DNA of 64,000 bases from positions 24,676,001-24,740,000 of the forward strand of contig OX597831.1 in the NCBI GenBank assembly GCA_951406725.2. Reading direction: 5' to 3'. The position numbers were made by a program, and so were the translations under genes. The notes beneath the pieces are model-generated. The model did not search any database. It was not told the origin of the DNA and saw only the letters and a list, made by a program, of their open reading frames with translations. Positions 56,625 to 64,000 of the stretch are shown one piece after another; the first letter of the stretch is position 1; each line of letters starts with the position of its first letter. The DNA is from Octopus vulgaris (lineage: Eukaryota).

Positions 56625-56832
56625 GTGACCACGTGTGTATCATTGGCGATTTTCTTTCTCCGTCTTCCCTTCCTTGGACCTTTCATTTTTCTATGTTTCT
56701 GATGAAGAGCTCCGCTTGAAACGTTAAATCCTCCTTCTTTCTTTCCTTTCCTGAGTGTCCAATAACACTATACTCATTCCACGTCCTCTCGTTGTTGTGT
56801 TTTCTCTTTGTGTTTCCATGTTTGGATTAACT
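56625..56832 (+). mobile_element. Penelope-like pseudo-LTR remnant containing a minimal hammerhead core (56695-56729)
   Basis: gttt-CTGATGA-a-gagc-tcc-gctt-GAAA-cg-TT-aaat. This is the canonical CUGANGA/GAAA core, a short stem II and palindromic AACGTT at helix III. Confidence 0.6.
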
Positions 56833-56860
56833 ATATATACATACATACATAAATATATAT

Positions 56861-56893
<33 letters not shown>

Positions 56894-57050
56894 TACCTAC
56901 AACTATATATCAAAATGTCCAAATTCACAAGCTACACATAAACCCTAGAATCACATGCTCTTTCTAGAATAAAACAGACAAAATAGTATAAAGAAAACAG
57001 GGAAATTTAATGAGAATTCTAAACACCTTAAAGTCTCTTCATGTTTTTAC

Positions 57051-57083
<33 letters not shown>

Positions 57084-57364
57084 AAAATGCATATATGTAT
57101 ATATATTGAAAAATAAATAGATATAAAAAAAAAAAAAGAAGAAATTGAATTTGTGGAAAAATTATGTCTGTCTGCTGCTATAAAATATTTAACCAGATTC
57201 AGCAACATTACTTGACAAAAGTAACCAGTTAAGTGCAACTAAATTGAATCACTACACATGTTAATAGAATTAGTCAAATGCTCCGTCTTTATTCTCTGTT
57301 ATTGCTCTGTTTTCTTTGACTCTCTCGCTTTTTGGCTTCGGCTCCCATGCTTTTACATACATGC

Positions 57365-57428
<64 letters not shown>

Positions 57429-58405
57429 GTATATATATATATAGACATGCATATATATTTTATCCAATTTGCGCATTATAAAATTTTCTGTCTTTTCTTG
57501 TAATTTTGCTGAAATGGCTGTATTCACAGCTATTCAACTGTCTATATTTACCTGCACACACACACACACACACATATATACACACGTATATACACACGTA
57601 TATATACACACATGCATACATGCCTACACACACACACACACACACATATATAAAATTGGAAGTTAGTTCTGATGTTATTTAGAATGAACTCTACTTTAAC
57701 TCATACCAAATAAATGTGTGTGTGTGTGTATGTGTGTGTGTGTGTACATATTTCAGTGGGTGGATGAAGTTGTCATTTCTGCTTCTTTACATGAGACTGC
57801 CTGACTTCTAAAAAAAAAAATGCTGTTGTGAATGTTTACATTCCGAATAATGTAAAAATACGTCCCGTTGCTCTGCATCTTTCAAACTCTAAGTAGAATA
57901 GAAAAAAAAAAACAAAGTTCTCTGACTAGAAAAAAAAAGTACGTATAAAACACTATAATGTAAACAAAAGTTACAAAAGTAAATACTCAGTACTAAACAG
58001 AGAGGGATACAATTTACAAGAAGCTGAAAATTCCTGGATCATTTCTCCAAGTTTCTCCAAGTTGCCAGTGATTACTTGGAAATCAGCAATAAAGAATGCC
58101 AAGTAATGAATGATTTGTGAAATTTAAGCATCCTACAAATCATGTGCATGTGTGTTTGTTTGAGAGATAGAGGGAGTACAAATCTGTTTGCTTTAGATTA
58201 GGGCTTTTCTTTTCCTAGTTCTTCTGTCAGAATATATTTTTTATCTTAGTACTTTTCCATCAAGCTTACTAACACTCTATTTCTCAGCTATCATTTACAT
58301 GCTTCGCATGTTGTCTGCTTTCAAACTTCATCAAGAAATTTCTTCCACTTTAGCATTCGTCTAAACCATTGTAATGACTGTCTTTCTCACTTTGTCTGTG
58401 TGTAC

Positions 58406-58453
<48 letters not shown>

Positions 58454-58536
58454 GTATATATATATGTGTGTGTGTGTGTGTACATATATATATATATATA
58501 TACATATATATATGTATATATATATGTGTGTGTGTG

Positions 58537-58596
<60 letters not shown>

Positions 58597-58604
58597 CATA
58601 TATA

Positions 58605-58753
58605 TCTGACTGGCTCATGCCAGTGGCACGTAAAAGTAGCGACTACACTCTCAGAGTAGTTGGTGTTAAGAAGGGCATCCAGCTGTAGAAACTCTGCCAG
58701 ATCAAATTGGAGCCTGGTGCATCCAGCTGGTTTGCTAGACCTCAGTCAAATCG
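58605..58753 (+). mobile_element. Family C retroposon fragment
   Basis: 'gtggcacgtaaaag...aagggcatccagctgtagaaactctgccagatc'. Confidence 0.75.
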
Positions 58754-58754
58754 C

Positions 58755-58790
<36 letters not shown>

Positions 58791-59310
58791 TTGTATGACC
58801 GTATTTATTTGAATGTATGAATGTATTTATTTATTTATGTATGTATGTTTTATTTTTAGTTTTATTTAGTATTTATATATATGTGCGTGTCTTTAAAGAG
58901 TTGAATTTTTGTACAGAACTTTAGTAACTATATTATTTGGCCTTTCATATATTCCATTGATGAATTAGCAATGCTGGAAGTTTATAGAACTTGTAAACAG
59001 TTCCGAACTGAATGCAATAAATAGACCGCACTCCAACCTAGAACAAAGCACTTCATTTTGGTGTTCAGCGTTTTCTTAACTGCTGTGTCTTGTACAAACT
59101 CATTTATTGCATCCATTTAAGTTACTGCAAGTTACGTCTCATTCAATGTAAGTTTGGAATCTAATTATTTCTTAGCACTGTGTTCTTCACCAAGCCTCTG
59201 CTATGTGATGGTAACACTTTCTTTAATTTTACAGACCTTTTCGAAATCTTGAGCATGTTTATATATATATATGTGTATATATACATACATATATATATAT
59301 ACATATATAT

Positions 59311-59774
<464 letters not shown>

Positions 59775-59777
59775 TGT

Positions 59778-60076
59778 GGAGGCGCAATGGCCCAGTGGTT
59801 AGGGCAGCGGACTCATGGTCGTACGATCGCGGTTTCGATTCCCAGACCAAGCATTGTGAGTGTTTATTGAGCGAAAACACCCAAAGCTCCTGCAGAGGGT
59901 GGTGGCAATCCCTACTGTACTCTTTCACCCCAACTTTCTCTCACTCTTTCTTCTGTTGACCTACTCACTTAGCCAGTGGGATGGTGTCATTTGAAGGCTA
60001 AAACAATGTGAAGCGCATTGTGACCAGCGATGTGTAGCAACATCTGATAGCCTGGTCGGTCTCAGTGATCACAGTG
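59778..60076 (+). mobile_element. SINE family D
   Basis: A-box 'tggcccagtggttaggg' and B-box 'ggtttcgattccc'. The head is shared with 18655-18968. Confidence 0.85.
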
Positions 60077-60091
60077 ATATATATATACATA

Positions 60092-60151
<60 letters not shown>

Positions 60152-60640
60152 CATGGCTGTGTAGTTGAGAAGTTTTCTTCCCAGCTTTGTGGTTTCAAGT
60201 TTACTTCTATTGTGTTGCATATTGGCTAAATGTTTTCTGCTACAGGTCCAGGCCAATGAAAACCTTTTAAATGAATTTCATACATAGATACTGAAAGAAT
60301 CCCATCCTGTACTACTACTATTATTATTATTATTATTTTATGTTTGACTTTTGCTTTGCAATTGTACAAGTAGGCTCCAAGTCTCACACAGAGATCTCAA
60401 GAGAAAAGTTGGAATTTCATGTTGGTGTTGTTATGCCTAGGGTGCCATATATTTGGTTTTGTACATAGTGTTGTTCTAGAGAATGTTTAAGAAACCATAA
60501 GAAAGTTATGTTTGTTTTAAAACTTGAGATTACATAGAAAGTATTTTGCATAGGATATGAGCAGTTCCCATGAGCACTATCTTTTGAATTTCTGCCATTT
60601 TGGGGTTTCCTGGTATCTGAGCTAGGTAGCAATCAGCCCC

Positions 60641-60694
<54 letters not shown>

Positions 60695-60918
60695 CATCTT
60701 CATCATCATCAACATCATCATTTTATAATGTCTGTCTTCCATGCTGGCATGAGTTGAATGGTTTGACAGAATTTGACAGATCAGAGAACTGCATGCGTTG
60801 TGTTCCAGTGTCGGATATGTAGACATAAAAGCAGACAGACTGAGAGATGTGTGTGTATGTATTTTTCTTGCTCTTTATTTGATCAGTCATCAGACTTTGG
60901 CTATCCTGAAGAACTGCC

Positions 60919-61147
60919 TTAACCCTTTCATTACCAGCCCAGCCAAAACCGGCTCTGGCTCTGTAGTATTAATGTCTTGTTTTCATAGGTTTTTCATTAA
61001 AATCTTCCACCAAACCTTAGTCACAATTTATGTTCCTAACACTAACTTCATGATAACTAAGTTATTTTACTAAATTCCTTATTATATTTAAAATAATTGA
61101 AAGAAACACAGAGCATCTCAAAATAAATACAGTAACGAAAGGGTTAA
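60919..61147. mobile_element. piggyBac-like MITE inserted into an old SINE-A (-) (host ~60860-61516)
   Basis: TTAA|CCCTTTCATTAC ... GTAACGAAAGGG|TTAA, with SINE-A sequence continuing on both sides. Confidence 0.8.
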
Positions 61148-61909
61148 AGAATTCTTTGTCAAATGAATTGACCCCAAAACTTATTGTGTTTTAATTAAAC
61201 CTGGTACTTGCTCTATCAGCCTCTTATACAAAACTGATAAGTTGCAGGGACGTAACCGTAATCCTAACCAGACCTACACCAGTTGTCAAGTAGTGCTGGG
61301 GGGACAAGCACAGGCACAATGACATACACACACACATACATATACATATATATATACATACATATATATATATATACATATATATACAACAAGCTTCTTT
61401 CAGTTTCTACCAGCCAAATCATCTCACAGGGCTTTGGTCAGCCCAAGGTGACATACAGTTAAACTGAACCTGAAACCATGTAGCCAGAAAGCAAGCTTCT
61501 TACAACACCTACACCTATTAAGTTTGCTTATAGCAGGAGAACATTTGCCGCTTTTCTGGTTAACAAAGTGTCTGTTTTCAGTAAGCTTTTCTAGATGTAT
61601 AAATTAAGAGATACCTTACTTGTAAAGCAGATGAGGGTTACAGCAGTAAGGGCATAAAAACACTGCCTCAGTAATCTATTCATTTGGCCCATACAGTATT
61701 GATGTACAAGACACTTGTATTCCACACTGTCTCAGGTTGAACAATGTCTGAATTTTAGGCTCTAGGAAGATTCTGTCTGTTTACTTCCATAAAATTTACC
61801 TGTGTCACCATTCCTTCCTTAGACAAATTATTTATGAATGAACAACTTTTTTGACAAATTATTTATGAATGAATAACATTTATTTATGAATGAACAACTT
61901 TCTTTGAAG

Positions 61910-62049
61910 AAGGAAAGAAAATATTTTGAACGTCCTTGTAACATCAATTCTGCTTGGCACCAGTGGAGAGAACAGCAATGTCAGAAAATGGCTAAATTGA
62001 TACGTTCTCTCGAGCCAAAAATTGATGAAGCAAATGTTTTGTGCAAGCT
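61910..62049 (+). CDS. Probable internal coding exon; kinesin-3 (KIF1/UNC-104/KIF13/KIF28-like) stalk segment
   Basis: Acceptor 'aactttctttgaag|AAG' (tandem NAGNAG alternative at 61913) and donor 'CT|gtatgt'. The open frame reads KERKYFERPCNINSAWHQWREQQCQKMAKLIRSLEPKIDEANVLCKL. AWHQWREQQ...KIDEAN aligns without gaps, by eye and from memory, to KIF1A AFRKWKWYQ...FLKEAN. Confidence 0.55.
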
Positions 62050-62256
62050 GTATGTCCAATCATGTGCATAATACATACATATATACATACATTACATACA
62101 TACGTTTAAATGTATATGAGCATGTCTAGACATGTAGCTATATGCATGAGAATACATACATGAAACAAAACATACAAATCTACACATATATATACATTCA
62201 TACATACAAAAATACCCTGTTGATGTTGTTGAAATTCCAATGAAGGAGCCTTGGAT

Positions 62257-62419
62257 AGGAGTGACTGTGTGGAAAGTAGCTTGCTTACATATCACATGGT
62301 TCCAGTTCAGACCCACTGCGTGGCACCTTGAGCAAGTGTTATCTACTATAGCTTCGGGCCGACCAAAGCCTTGTGAGTGGATTTGGTAGATGGAAACTGA
62401 AAGAAGCCTGTCACATATA

Positions 62420-62468
<49 letters not shown>

Positions 62469-62773
62469 CTGCTATTTCTAAATTTTTAGTATGTGGCTAA
62501 GCAACTTGTTGCTTAACCCTATTTATATTCATATATATATATATATGTATGTATTTATCTGTATGTCTCTTTGTATGTGTGTTTGTCCCTGTGCCCCATC
62601 ACTTAACAACTGATTTTGGTGTGTTTACATCCCCGTAACTTAGTGGCTCAGCAAAAGAGACCAGCAGAAAAAGGTACAAGGCTTACAAAAAATAAGTCCC
62701 AGGCTTGATTTCTTCGACTAAAATGTGGTGCTCCAGCATGGCTGCAGTCAAATGACTGAAACAAGCAAAAGAA
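62257..62773 (+). mobile_element. SINE family A with an unrelated ~60-bp insert in its internal (TA)n
   Basis: Family-A consensus. The insert at 62467-62530 resembles 11283-11345. Confidence 0.85.
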
Positions 62774-63633
62774 CAAATGGAATATTGAAGCCGGACATCG
62801 TCCACTGACACATCTAGGAGGACAGTAATTTCCAATATGAATTGATCCGGACCAGGATGACCCATCCAAATCAATCCAACATTGAAAAGATTACGATGAT
62901 GATGAGGAACATTGTACTTGCTTACACAGCAGTTTTCTGATAATCTCCTGGGAATTGAACCTTGATTATCTCACTTGTTAAGTGAATGAACTGCCACTTC
63001 TACAATGTGTGTGTCTCTCTTGCAACACACAGACACACTCACACATACACACACACATATACACACTGTGTATATTTGTGTATGAGTGTACATAAATATA
63101 TGTGTATTTATGGTGTATGGAAAAAAATTGATTTATCCTGATATGTATGTACGTATGTATGTTTATGTATCATATTTCGTTGTCATCATTGTGCACTAAC
63201 AGATCTTACCATTTGCTTTTTACTGAACTGATTCTTGTTAATTCACAACACAGACCACTCAGTTAGAAAGAATTCTCCTTGAATTCTAGTGATTATCTTG
63301 AATTGGTAAATATGATACTTGAAAGCCTCTTGTAAACATCTTTTTGTACAAAAGTGTACATTTTTACTTTTTCTCTATATTTACTCTTAGAAAAATGCTT
63401 TCTGTCTTTATTTATTTATTTACTTTTTTTTGCATTTTTATTTAATTTTTTTTTCTGCATGGAGGGGACAACATTGATGTAGTGGCTGTCAAGACTAATT
63501 GATAGTAGAATACAATTTACTAATGTCTTTTACATTTGAGTGAGTGAGGAGGAAAACTAATTTTATTGATTTCAATCCTTCAACAACATTTTCTTTTTTT
63601 TTTTTTTTTCAAAAAAAAAAAAAAAAATTTCAG

Positions 63634-63814
63634 ATTTAGAATCAGTATAATGTCTTCTTTTGATATTGCAGATATAATTCTTCTGTACCTACTGCAACCA
63701 GTACCCACTATGCAATCATTCACACACCAATCCGATTCTTTACTTGTCAATAACTCGACATCAGAAGTTTTTTTGTTGATTCATTCATTTAAAATCCAGA
63801 TAGCTGGTTTGTAG
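63634..63814 (+). CDS. Possible next exon of the same gene (FRISIMSSFDIADII...)
   Basis: First AG after an ACTAAT branch-like motif and a poly-T tract. Phase 2 matches the 62049 donor and the frame is open to 63814. The donor is uncertain. Confidence 0.3.
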
Positions 63815-64000
63815 CAATGCTGGTGGTGGGACTGATTACTGGACGAATGGTCAATGTTTCAAATACCACCACCATCATCATCATCACTACCACAGATGCT
63901 TTATTGTGTCTGTGTCACTACTTCTTAATTATTAAATGAATTAGCCAGTTCAGTTTTAAATTGTTACCTTGAATGTTTCGTGATAGTTTAATTAGCTTCA

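Noticed and set aside
59778-59855. tRNA-like sequence with A and B boxes (also ~18895-18968)
   Set aside because: No acceptor stem closes it and it continues into a SINE body, so it is a SINE head rather than a tRNA gene.

Overview
AT-rich, repeat-dense eukaryotic DNA with no long ORF. The SINE families and very long (TA)n/(TATC)n/(AAT)n/(CA)n tracts look like an Octopus (coleoid cephalopod) genome; this is recognition from memory, not a search result. Almost all ORF-track entries are translated microsatellites or SINE antisense frames. The window holds about five tRNA-derived/CORE-like SINE families (many nested, dimeric or inverted), CR1 and RTE LINE fragments, Tc1/mariner-, piggyBac-, hAT- and Helitron/Helentron-like non-autonomous elements, Penelope-like remnants with minimal hammerhead cores, and several long foldback palindromes. 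The best host-gene evidence is a + strand exon at 61910-62049 whose peptide resembles the kinesin-3 (KIF1/UNC-104-like) stalk 'W...EAN' segment, so much of the window may be intronic. I found no convincing new multi-gene system. The best leads are RNA-structure and splicing oddities. Repeat boundaries were read by eye and are approximate.
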